From Vitrella brassicaformis CCMP3155 (Eukaryota > Protista > Chromerida): 59,788 bases of DNA. The notes beneath the pieces are model-generated. The model searched no databases. It saw nothing but the letters and a program-made list of their open reading frames with translations, and had not been told where the DNA came from. Shown here piece by piece: positions 13,276 through 25,732 of the stretch. The stretch covers positions 1-59,788 of the forward strand of contig CDMY01000519.1 in NCBI GenBank assembly GCA_001179505.1, given 5' to 3'. A program made the position numbers and the translations under genes. Numbering within the stretch: position 1 is the stretch's first letter; every line of letters begins with the position of its first letter.

Positions 13276-14043
13276 GGTTGGTGGCGAGAGGAGATGCTGG
13301 ATGATGGGCTGCGTTTCTCGCTCTCCTGCTTGTCCCTCAAGATTGGCTTCCCTGATCTGACTGCAGGCTGGTCCTGATGAGTGTCCTTGGCTGCTCGTTT
13401 GCCGCCCAGAAGACTGCTCGCTGGCCCTTTTGGATGTTGATCAGCTGGAGGGAACAAGGCCACGTGCGCCTCTGGAAAGACGTTTGTACAGAGATCTGTT
13501 GTGGCTAAGCTCGCAGACGCATGCGGAAGAGACCGTCGGAAGAGGCTCCACCATGTGGAAGAGGGAGGTGGGGGATAGGCAGAGGAAACAAGCTAGCTTC
13601 GATATGCCAGCGGACGGCTGAGTCAAACATTCATGAAACATGTATCAATTGACGTGTATCGAGGGAAAGGAAGGGTGGTTCGCTTCTCCGATGAAGTGTT
13701 TTGCATTGCACAGCAAAGACACCGAGAGATCAGCGCATATGATGCGGATAGCATAAGGTAGTTGTATCCCTACCGACACTCCACTGCCTAGCATAGCTGG
13801 TATGTATGCATACACACACACACACATATACATCCATGCACATATCACCCGATCAGCCAGTCGTCTGTCTGTCGGCAATTCTCTCCGCCAGGTGGCTGCT
13901 GGCCGGCTCCATTTGGGACGGACGGTGGCGCTTTGCGCTGAGGCTGCCTGGCTAACACGAGTGTGGGGCCGGGCCGGGCTGGGCCGGCGGCACGTCCGTC
14001 TATCTGCCCACACCCACGGAAAGTCATCGATCTATCTGTGTGT

Positions 14044-15750
14044 CTAGTGGAAGCCGCCCCAGGATGGCGGCAGGTGGTACCACCTGACGTACCGGAACGC
14101 AGACAGACAGACAGACAGACAAACACAGGGCATGAATGTGCGGCCAGTTAGCTGTGGTGATTGTGTGCGGTGGGGTGCGAGTGTAGACCACCAATGCGAG
14201 CAGGGCACGCCGGGAGGAATCTTGAGGGACAAATCCATCGCCTGCATAGCATACAATACACGCAACACAATCAACACAGACAGACAGCACCGGGCCAGCA
14301 CATGTATGCATGCCATCCAGGTGATTGCGATGCGATGCGATGCGGTGGCTTTGATTCATTCACTCAACCCTCTGCCTGCCCTCACAAAGCAACGAATGAA
14401 TGCAATTACTCACCTCAGTGTGGCATGCGCGGATGGAGGTGTCGAGTTGCACCATGTTGTCCGACAACTCGGACATGATGGGGATGGCAACTTCCTCCTC
14501 GCCGGAACTGCTGCTGCTGCTGGTGCTGGTGCTGCTGGTGGGCGAGGATGCTGCCGACGAGGAGTTGCTGCCCTCGAAGATGTCACTCAGGAACTGCAAT
14601 CAAAAAAAGGGAGTCATGATCGGTACCTACTGTTGCCTGCAGGGAGTCCGTATATCCATCGGTGTACGTACGTACGTACCTGCAGTGCGCTTCTCTTCCA
14701 TGGAACGCATCCCCACTCCTCGAACCCCGACACCCACATGTCGTACACCTCCAGATGATCCCTGCATGCATTGCAATGCATGCATCACACATACACACAC
14801 ACATACACCCGCGTGGCCACCATTGACAATTGTCCTCGTGTGCGTGCAACATCGGTTATTTGCTTGACTACTCACTGGCACTGGTCGATGAAGGCCTCAA
14901 CATGTTTCTTGAGAGGGAGTGCAGCGTCATTGTGGGCGCCGGCGTTGCTGAGGGCAGCGGCCCTGACCATGCGCCTGAACATGGTGTTGGCCCGGCTGCC
15001 CTGCCACACCTTGGTCCGATTGCTGAAGCACCCCACACGGAACACGCCACTCATCAGCAGCTCACGGTCGGCCTTCTGCTTGGCACATGACGCCTTAATC
15101 GACGCCACACTCGACAGGCGGCTGAGACCGGTGAACACGTCGCCTAATGTGTGGACCGACAGACACATGCGTACATCCAATCCATGAGCGTGTATCTATC
15201 ATATCATGCATAATCAATCAATCAGTGAGCAAGTATGTGTGGGTGTGGGTGTGGGGTATGCGCACGTTGAGCCTCGATGATCTCCTTTGGTGTGTTAGAC
15301 AGATCCGTGAACAGCTGCTCGTATCGCCTGCCGTACGCCCCCTCGGGCCCCGTCGCATACGACAGGAACGTCACACCCACAGTCTGAGTCACCAATACAC
15401 AGAAGAACCCCTCTCTGAACGTCGGTCGCACCACACCAACAGACAACACATCACGACAGACGAACGGACAGACAGAGCAACACCACCCATAGTGCTGCTG
15501 CTTGAAACCTGAGCCCACTCCTCACTCACCGATTTGCGCCCTGGAAGGCCGCAGTGTTCCAACTCTTGCACGCACGTAGGATGCTCTTAATGGAGGCTGC
15601 ACACACAAAACACAGGGCCGTGAGGGACATGGCGAGAGGGAGAGGGAAGTGAGCTTTTTCGTCTATTTCCCCCGGCGCACCGAGGTCGGAGCACACGCAG
15701 ATGGACAGCAGGAGGTTGTCGGGAAGCTCCCGCCAGCCAGCCTGCGCCAT
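14044..15750 (-). CDS. F-box protein with unrecognised C-terminal region
   Basis: Spliced N-terminus WRELPDNLLLSICVCSDL|ASIKSILRACKSWNTAA fits the F-box pattern. Further exons (e.g. 14872-15180, 14360-14599) have GT/AG ends; last exon WYHLPPSWGGFH*. Confidence 0.6.
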
Positions 15751-16042
15751 CGCTGTGATGGCTCAGTGAACGCGAGCTCAAATGTGTGAAAGTGGCGAGA
15801 ATTCTCGTCTCCGCTCGGGCTTATTGATTCCAAGAGACCTACGATGCCGCATTCTCATGGTCAGCAGCCACTCTCAAGCCCTAGCCGCATGCAATGACCG
15901 AGGTCTTCCCAATTGGGTCTTCCTGGTAGATCCGGGCCGATATCATGCGGCGCGCGGGACGGCGTTGTGATCTGTAATTTCTCTTTTCTAACGATTCGAG
16001 GCCTTCAGGGCCTTGGCTCAAGTCGTGGAAATTTCAAATATA

Positions 16043-18145
16043 ATGGGGACTCTCGGAAAGGCAATTCTTCTCCTATCTGTCCATCTGATGCATGTAAGAA
16101 GCTACACTCACATGCAGACAGATACCCTTGATGTGAGCACATCAAGTGGCTGTGTTAAATGTGGTCGTTTGTCGTGGCGACATGACATCGGGCAGGCGGC
16201 CATGGGTGCGACCTGCGAGCATCGACGGCTGCGCAGAGCGGGAGAGGCCACCAATGGCCCATGCCATTGTGAGAACTTCGACGACACCTTCTACAGGCAG
16301 ATAGAGCGCGACTTGGCTGTGTGGCGGAAGACGGGCGTCGGCGGTCAAGTGGAGACGCGAATGGACCAGCGGCTGTGGCCTGAGAGCATCAAAAGAGCCA
16401 AGATGCAGGTCAGGAAGGAAGGAAACAAAAACCACACCCTCCCGCGCTTTTCCTCACCGCTGCATGCATGAGATGGTTTGTCGGTGGTGTGCATGCGCAT
16501 GGCATGTCTGTGTGTCTGTGTGCAGTGCAGATCGATGGCAACAGGCTGTACTTAGTGAATCATCCGAGCGGTGGCCGTGCGAGGAAGCATGGCAGGATGC
16601 GATGTGCCCTGGAGGTCATCCTCGACGCACTCAGACACTGCACTCTCCCAAGTGTCAGCTTCTGGCTTAATGTAGCCGGTAGAGTAGGCGGGAGAAATTG
16701 AGGGCAGACAGACGCAAACACACACGTACTGTACACTACTGAAACATTGTTGTGTGGTGTGGTGTGGTGTCGACATTGTGGTGACTGACGATAGATTGGC
16801 CTCTGGTGCCGAAGAAGGCGTCCGAGGGTCCCATCCCGGTGCTGTCCTTGGCCAAGAGCGACGACTACGCGGACATCCTCTTCCCCTCGCCCTTCCTAGC
16901 TTGTGAGGCCGATCAAATCCGCACACAAGCTGCCAACAGCGTCCGTCAGCCAGTCACCCGACCACAAATCAACTGACTGACACATCACATGCAATGCATA
17001 CGAACGAACCAATCAATGTACTTACGTATGTGTGCATCGCATCTCTTTTGTGTGCTGTGTGTGCTGCGTGTGCAGTCTGTGCCATGGGCTTCGAAGAGGT
17101 CGGTCATTTTTTGGCGGGGCCATCCGTGGTGCGACATGAGCCGGCCCTCACGCGCTGCAGCCAACGAGAGCACATGTTCCCGGCTGCTCCTCAGGAATCA
17201 TTCCATCGCAAGACCCGGTGTGTGTGATGGCCCCATGTGTGTGTGATACGGGCGTACAAACGTGTCCGTGTAGTTCTGCGTTGTGCAGACATGGTTGATG
17301 CGGGGCTGACAGCGTTTTTCAACGACTACCTGCCTGAGGAGTCTCAGCGTGTGTGGCCCACGCTGTATGGGCCCAGGATGGCCCGCGTGCCGCTGCACGA
17401 GCATGCCAGGTACAAGTACCTCATGCACGTCGACGGCACCACTTACAGCAGCAGAATTGGTCCGTGGGCGCCTGGAAAGTGGGTTGATTGATGTGCACGT
17501 GTGAGGAGTCAGTCAGTGAGTGCACAGCGTAAAGCAAAAGGCTTGTTTGTTTCTTCAGGCAAGCTGTTGCTTCTGGACTCAGTGGTGCTTAAGCAGGAGA
17601 GCCCATTCTACGAGTTCTACTACCCCCCTATGGCCCCGTATGTCCACTACATACCTGTGCATAGAACCCTGGAAGACCTCCAAGACGTACGTACTGGACT
17701 GTACTACTGCACTGTACACACGCCATGCCACACGCCATGCCCACCACATCGACAGACGTACGTGTCTGTCTGTCTGTGTATATATGTGTGCAGGTGTATG
17801 TGTGGCTGTCAAAACACGAGGCCGATGTGCTGAGGGTGCGCAATGAGGCCGTGAGATTCGCAGACAAATACCTCACCCGCAAGGCAGCACGGTGCATACC
17901 TACACAGACACACACGAGCATTGCACACACACACACAGTGTCTGTGTTGTGTGAGTGGCGTACGGTACGCGTGGGCATGTCATGTGCACTGCAGATGCTA
18001 TGTGGTGCGGTTGCTGCACGAGTATGCCTCTCTGCTCACACACCCTTCGTCCCGAGACGGCCCCAATAGGGTCGATCGGTTGGAGTACAGAGGCACACCC
18101 GAGGAACAAAAGGCCTTGTTCGAGACATCTATGTGGAGCGCTTGA
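16043..18145 (+). CDS. Glycosyltransferase family 90 (CAP10/POGLUT/KDELC-like), secretory pathway
   Basis: Signal-like MGTLGKAILLLSVHL. Motifs FYRQIERDLAVW, PVLSLAKSDDYADILFP, WASKRSVIFWRG, HARYKYLMHVDGTTYSSR, LLLDSVVLKQESPFYEFYY, HYIPV, YVVRLLHEYASL. Confidence 0.88.
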
Positions 18146-18538
18146 TGAATGAATGAATGAATGAATTCAGCAACTGACCGTCGGCCGTGCACACAATGGT
18201 TGTTGATTGAAACGCACAAGCGTCGGTATGTGCAGGTCTGTCTGCATACATGACATGGAAGGAAGGAAGTATGTCTGTCTGTACGTACGTGTGGGTGGAT
18301 GGATGGATTGATGGACGAGTGCAGCCAGCAAGCCACCCACCAACCCGCCGACTGATAAAGCATCCAACCTCTCGCCCATTCACCCATCCTTACCAGCCTA
18401 CCAACCTCTCTGTCTGTCTGTCTGTCTGTGCATCACTCACTCCCTCACTCATCTCTCCTAGATTCATTCATCAGACCACAAAGCCTGCCTGCCTGGCAGA
18501 CACCCCCCCGCCCGCCATACCACCCACACCTTCATTCC

Positions 18539-20384
18539 TCATATGACGGTGATTTTCGGCCCCTCGGTGGCCCTGCCCACGGCCTTCTGCAGATAGGAAG
18601 TCAGGCTCTCAAGGCTGCTGGACGGCACATGCAACACCTGAACACACGCAGACCACAGCACAAACAACCAGCCGAGCCAAGCTTGTGTCCCGGGTGGGGT
18701 GCGGGAGTGGAGTGTGTGGTGGCTCTGACATCGCATGCGGGCACGGGGCTCTTGTCGAATCTCTTGGCCCCTGAAAACTCCACCTGGTTGGCAAACGCTT
18801 CATCATTTAACCAACACACCACACATCACACATAGATAAGTACTGCTGGTCTGCGACGTGACGCGAGTGCGTGTGTGTGCGTACACATGCCCCAGTAGAA
18901 GAAGCGCGAGACGTTTTTTGAGAGCCTGAGAAGCCCCGGTGAGACCCGGTTGACCTGTGCGCTCTCGCCCCTGCTGCCCATGAGGGTCTTGCACAGACTC
19001 AAGATCTGCTCTGTCGTCAAAGGCTGGATGGACCACACACACACACACACACACAGATGGATGGATGGATGGATGGAACAAACAGAACCGGACGATTTAT
19101 TTATGGAACACGATGGATGGCATGGATGGGCAACGCAATGCAACGCACCTGTGGCCCAACGAGGTCCAAGATCTTGTTCTCGGCCCCGGGAAGCTCCAGC
19201 GCCCTGATGGATTTATACATACATACATCACATCCACACGTGTGTGCGTGCAGTACGTACAAGACAGGCATAAGAAACAACAAATATCAGCCGGTCTGTC
19301 TGGCTGGCTGTCCGGCTGTCTGTCTGTGTGTCAGACATGCATGCATAGAAGTACCTGAGTGAGTAAGTACCTGAGTGCGAGTCTGCCGGCATCTTCCTCC
19401 GCGATGTAGGGCACTCCCTCATCGCCCTGTCCCTCTGGCGGCAGATACACGGGCTCGCCCAGCTGCATCGGACGAATGAACTCACTCACCACACCTACAC
19501 GTACACATACACATACACACGCATACCATACACACACGCATGTGCACGCACATACACACGTCCGTCGGTCGGTGTGTTGGATGCAGTCAGTCAGTCAGTC
19601 AGTCAGTGGGTGTGTTGATGCGGTGGCTGTTGTCAGTCACTGACCGCTGTAGAATCCGGGGACCCTGAGGATGGTGTAGGGCACGTCCGAGTCCTGAATG
19701 ACGTTCTCCATGACGTACTTGTACTTGACCCGCGCCACGTCGAGGAACCGCTCGGCGTCTGTCACGCTGAAGAAGACCAGCCGCTTGACCTGCGCTGCCT
19801 CGCACGCCGCTACCAACGCATACTTGCCCTCCCAGTCAATCTGCACGCAATATACATGCATACCCGCACACGCACCGCACCGGACAGGACACAGATCCCA
19901 TCCCGACAGGCAAGGCGTGCGTCGGGTCGGGTGTCGTGTCGGACCTTTCTCTGGGCTTCGAGTTCGATGGCTCGTGTGGCTGATGCGTCGATGACGGCCG
20001 TGACGCCCGCCAGCGCCCCTGGGAGGGTCTCAGGCAGACTCAGGTCACCATACACTATCTCAGCTCCCCAGTCTGACAGAATGGACCCCTTGCTGCACAC
20101 ACACACATCCATCCATCTATCCATCCATGCATCCACCAGGGCGGACAAGCAGTGCAGGTGTCGTCCCTTTCACTCACTCACTCACGTCGACCGGCCCACC
20201 CAGCTACCTACCGTGGTGATCTGAGGATGCATCTGACGTCATATCCCCGGTCGATGGCATTCTTGACAATGATGCGGCCCACTGTGCCGGTGCCGCCCAG
20301 CACCAGCAGCTTGCCGGGCACAGGGGGCGCCATCATACGCAGGGACCGTGACAAACCGACGCGATTGTGTGGTGGATTGGGTAC
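18539..20384 (-). CDS. ycf39: Ycf39/HCF244-like atypical SDR (NAD(P)-binding, PSII assembly family); 5' end unresolved
   Basis: [101 protein letters not shown]. Confidence 0.75.
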
Positions 20385-20791
20385 CTGAACAACACAAAAA
20401 GGACAATGTGAAAGCAAGCCATTGACAGACAGTGGCTGTCAGGCAAATCCATGGTTCTGCGTACGTGTCTGTGTGTCAAGGGGACCGGCTGCCTCCTCAA
20501 GACATTCCGGTGCGGTCCTTGGAAAGCGACGCCTGAAGGCAGACACGAATGAGATCAGATCATCATGATGCAATTCGATTTGCCGTCCGTCCGTCGTGCG
20601 CACCTGATGGGTCGAATGGCGTCCTGCTGGTGTGTGCATTGGCAGTCCATGGCAGCCACGCGCACACCCAGCAGAGCAGCCATCTGCACAAGCGCATGGC
20701 TGCCTGCATCGACAGATCTGTGGTGCTCCTTCTCCCTCCTTTTTTGGGTGGCTAAGCTCGCGTAGATCTGTGAGGTCGGCGAATTCATGAC

Positions 20792-23700
20792 ATGAGGGTG
20801 GCGGTCTGGTGCATCTTGTGGTGCCTGCATTCGACATCTGCACTTGCATTTGTGGTGAGGTGCATGGAGCGCCATGCTGCCCCGCAGCTGCTGAATGTCG
20901 ATGCTTTGCTTCACTCATGTGTGGCGGCCATGGCCATCCATCTCTGCTCTGTGTCTGTCTGTGACATGCAGGTGGTCCGTCCGACGGCAAACAGCGGGTC
21001 ATTTCGGCAACACAGCCGCAGTCGGCGTTTGCTCCGCACCGCCACCAGCATGACGACGGCCGTTAACGGCGGACCCAAGGAGGTCGGTGATTCACTCACT
21101 GAGACCACTCTTACATGAGTGGCAGCCAGCCAGACAGATGAGTGGGTGTGCGGTCTGTGTGCATGGCATGGCATGCAGGATTATCTGGCCGTGCATGTAT
21201 TCGGCGAAGTGACGGCCGGCAACGAAAAGGACTTTGCGACGGCGAGCCATGCCAACGCCAAGAACTCGGTTAACGAGGCTGGGGTGGCAAGGTTCGACTT
21301 TCTGCGGGGCGAGGCTGACCCGTCGCGCTTCTGCCTCATCGAAGGTGCGACACATACACTCATGGATGGCTGGCTGGACGGCAGATGGGTTATTCCGTGG
21401 TGACCTGCTGTGGCATGTGCATCTCTTCTCTTCTCTTCTGTCCTCTCTCTCTCTCTCTTGCCGCCGCTCCTGAATTGAAGTCTACAAGGACAAAGGTGAC
21501 AGAGACAGACAGACAGACAGACAAAAAGGCAAACAGACTTGCTGGCGTTCCGTTCCAGCAAACACACGCCACGTACATCACGCGGACGCCTCGCCTCTTG
21601 TCTGTCCTGTCTGTCCCCTTGAATACATCCATCCATCCATCCATTTAGATGCTCCCGCAGCCCACAAGGAGACGGCGCACTACAACACCTGGCGGTCGAC
21701 AGTGCAGGAGTGGATGGCTGAACCACGGAGCGCCAAGAAGTACACCCCCATATTCCCACCCGCTGCCTATTGGGACATCGAGGCGTCGGCCAGCGAGTCG
21801 CCCAGCCCCCTCGATGCCACAGAGACACCACTGCTCTGCGTCATGGTCGATGTGCAGGTAGACAGACAGACAGACAGACAGACCCACCGGACCGCTAGCT
21901 AAGCGGCTGGCTGGCTGGCAGGAAGGCAGGAAGGCAAGCCAACAAACAGGCGGTGTTTGTTCACCTGTCGTGCGTGGCTTTGGCTGGTGTGTTGTGCTGT
22001 GTGTAGGTGAAGGAGGGTTACGAGGAGGCTTTCATCCAGGCGACACGTGCCAACTGCGAGTGCTCGGTGCGTGAGCCTGGGGTGTCGCGATTTGACCTGC
22101 TGCGCAACAATGACGACCCCTGCAACTTTGTGTTGGTGGAGGTCTACAACAACCCGGAGGCTCCCGCGCTACACAAGGTATGATACCTACCTACTTGAGG
22201 GGGGGCTCAGATATATGCTCGCACCGGCAATGAAGGACAATCGTGGCCAATGTCCCTCATTGACGGTGTAGGAGACGAAGCACTACCAGACGTGGCGCGA
22301 GACGGTGCAGGAAATGATGGCTCGGCCCAGGCAGAGCGAGAAGTTTATCACACAATTTCCATCCAGGTCGGTCAGTTTGTAGGGCGGCACACACATCGCA
22401 CCGAGCGCATCACACACAGTCAGTCAAGGATGGACGCGACGCCCTTCTGTGGGCTCACCCACTCACTCACTCACTCACTCGTGGCTGACTGGCTGACTGG
22501 CTGCACTCACTGCGTATATGTGTGTGTATGTGTGGATATATGTGATGGATGTGTGGGATGTGTGTCCCTCCCTAGGGTCCACTGGCACCGTGTGGAGGCC
22601 CTGACACACAAGCCCCTCACAGAGCCACTGGGCTTCCCGGGAACCTTCGAATTCGGTTGGTCAAACACACAGAACACAGAGCTCCCTCCCTCCCTCCCTT
22701 GACATAAATCACACAAATGAATGCCATGCCGTGCATGACCTGACTGACCCGCCCACACACGTACGGTACGCGTACCTACGTCCGTCCCTTGTGTGTGGTG
22801 TGTGCGTGTATGTGTGCAGTATCTGCGGGCAAAATCATGTTTGGGAAGGGGTGTGCGTCTAAGCTGCCTGGGATTGTCAAGAAGGCCGGCAAGTCGCGGG
22901 CCCTCATCGTAACGGGCAGCCACGGACAGGACCGACACAAACACATCATCGACTCACTCACAGTAAGTCACCCACACACACACACACACACAGACACTCT
23001 TTACATATATGTGGACACCCATTCATTGTTGGCACCATATGTATGTGGATGTGTGTGTGTGTAGGATGAGGGCATCTCGTGCGCGTTCATGAGCATCGGC
23101 AAGGAGCCAACCGTCGAGGACGTCCGCGCCGGCACACAGGCCGCCAGAGACGCCGGATGCGACACAGTCAGCCCCTGCACACACACACACACACTCACAC
23201 ACACACACACACGCGCACACACACACAGAGAGAGAGAGAGACACTTCGCTGCCTGGACATTTCCCCTCCCTGTGTGTGTCCTGCAGGTTATATCGATTGG
23301 TGGCGGGAGCGCAATCGATGCAGGCAGGTTCTTGTGGATGTGGCTATGCTTACATGCCATGTGTGGACATATGCGGCTCTTTGTATGGACGCCTGTCGAC
23401 GCAGGCAAGGCGATCGCATCTCTGCTGGCCAACGGGGGCGACCCCTTGGACTACATGGAGGTTATTGGGAAGGGCATGCCCATCACACAGCCATCCGTCC
23501 CCTTCTACGCTCTGCCCACCACTTCCGGCACCGGAAGTGAAGTTACCAAAAATGCCGTACTCGCCTCACTACAACACAAACAAAAGGTAGCGAGGGAAAG
23601 AGCTTCGTAAGTGGCGCGGGGTGGGTGGTGAGCTCGCCGTGTGCATATCGAGATGGATTGGGCACTCTATCTCTCTCGCTCTCTCTCTCGCTCTCTCTCT

Positions 23701-25190
23701 CTCTCTCTTTCTCTCTCTGTGTGTGTGTGTGTGTAGGCGTCGATGCGGTCTGAGCTGATGCTGCCGACGATGGCGATTGTTGACCCGATGCTGACGGTGT
23801 CTGCCCCATGCAACGTTACCGCTTCCACCGGCCTGGACGCACTCACGCAGGTATGCTGGATGGATGGGTGGATGCCATACGTCCAGACACACACGCGCAC
23901 CCTTCACGGAGTAATGGGTCGTCCTCAGTGCATCGAGCCATATGTGAGTCACCTGGCGAATCCGCTGACGGATGCTTTGGCCAAGGAGGGCATCAAGAGG
24001 GCAGCCAGGAGCCTCCGGGCCGCTTACAGAGACCCCAAGGACATCGCCGCACGAGAGGAAATGGTCAGTCAGCCAGTCAGTCACAAATACATACATGCGA
24101 TGCGCACACGAGTCACTCCTCGACTCCTTGACTCATTCACTCACTAACTGACTGCAGGCTCTGGCGTCTGTCTTGGGTGGGTTGTCTCTGGCCAACGCCA
24201 AGCTAGGTGCTGTCCATGGCTTTGCTGGTGTCCTGGGGGGCTTATACCCTACTGCGGCCCACGGCGCCATCTGCGCCGCACTACTGCCCTTTGTCTTCGA
24301 GATGAACGTCGCAGCACTCTCAGACGAATACGTACGTGGGCATTCCCTCCCGTTGACGGATACCAGCCCCCGATGGATGGATAGATGGATGAGTGGGCAT
24401 TCTCTGTCTGTCCGTTTACTTACGTGTCTGTCTGTTGTCTCCCCCGCCCCATTCAGAGCCGCACGCAGGACCCGGCCGTCGTGCGGAGGTTGGCGAAGTT
24501 CACGGAAGTGGCCAGGATAGTCACCAGTGAGTCAGTCACCAACCAGGCCTGGCCTGACGCACACAAGACACGCAACAGGCAGCCCTCCCTGTGTAGCATC
24601 CATCCATGCGTCCACCGTTTGACTATTCCTCCTTGTTCATGTGTGTGATGACGGGTCGATCAACCGATCGATCTATCTTGTGGCGATCGATCGATCAGAC
24701 AATCCCGATGCGACGGCTGAGGAGGGCGCCGAGTGGCTCAGTGCCCTTGCCACGGACCTTCATGTGCCACTCCTGGGTGAGTAGCTAGGCGAGTGCCTGT
24801 GCGGCCATGACAGCTTACGTTGATCTTATTTTGTGGTGTCTTATGAAGGCGAATACGGGCTCACCCCAGACCAGTTTCACAAGGTGGGTGCGTGGGTGGG
24901 TGGGAGCTAGGACAGTGAGTGCTGTGCTGCATTGATTGCTCGTACAACCCACGGCCTGGCTGCATACATGCGCTGCACGTGTGGTCTGTGGTTGGTTGGT
25001 TGGTTGGTTGGTGGGTTGGACAGGTCGCAGAGGTCAGCGCGGCGTCGAGTTCGATGAAAGGCAAGTTCGATGAAAGGCAATCGCGTACACAAATGCTCAC
25101 ACACTGACGTATGATGAATACATACGTTCAGGTAATCCTGTGCAGCTCTCCATCGACCAGCTCAAGACCATCCTCAAACAAGCCACCTAG
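20792..25190 (+). CDS. Fusion: signal+transit-like peptide, two ABM (LsrG-like) domains, iron-containing alcohol dehydrogenase
   Basis: Leader MRVAVWCILWCLHSTSALAF. ABM1 ANAKNSVNEAGVARFDFLR..CLIEVY..HKETAHYNTW; ABM2 ANCECSVREPGVSRFDLLR..LVEVY..HKETKHYQTW. Fe-ADH GGGSAIDAGK, PTTSGTGSEVT, DALTQCIE, LGAVHG, AAHGAICA. Splice phases checked at several junctions were consistent. Confidence 0.87.
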
Positions 25191-25732
25191 CGAATGGCTG
25201 TGGCGCGTTCATATTGTGTGCGTGCATTTATCATCGTTGGTGTGTGTGGGGGGCGGGCAGGCGGGCGGGCGTGTTCGCTGCGGTCTGTTGTGTTGTATTG
25301 TGTTGTGTGGGTGGCGGGCTGCATGCATCTCTCGATAGCGAGAGGCTGCACATTTTTAGGACTGTGCATCGTATGCGAATGAGACAAGGCTTAGAGTCAA
25401 TCGGACATTATTCGTCGAAACCTTTTTACGCTTCAGTAGGGTAGGTATGTGGTGCGCACATATCCTGGCCACTCTGCATTCAGCCAGCTTTCCTGGCCTT
25501 GGCAAGCTTCTGGCGTAGGGCACTGCACCCCGGAAGCAAGCCAAGCCATATATATCGATCGCATCGACTGCTTACAGTACAGTACAGGTATATGTACTGT
25601 CATCAGCTATCGACTGTCATCAAGCTGACATGGTGTCATACGCCAGCCCAATCTATCTATCCCTCAATCTATCTATATATATCTGAGGGAGCAAAGCCCC
25701 CGGTGCAGTGGCAGTGACCACTGGCTCGATGT

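Noticed and set aside
14872-15400. Rab-GAP TBC domain in the F-box protein
   Set aside because: Only a vague RxKVWQ resemblance; the IxxDxxR and YxQ motifs were not found.
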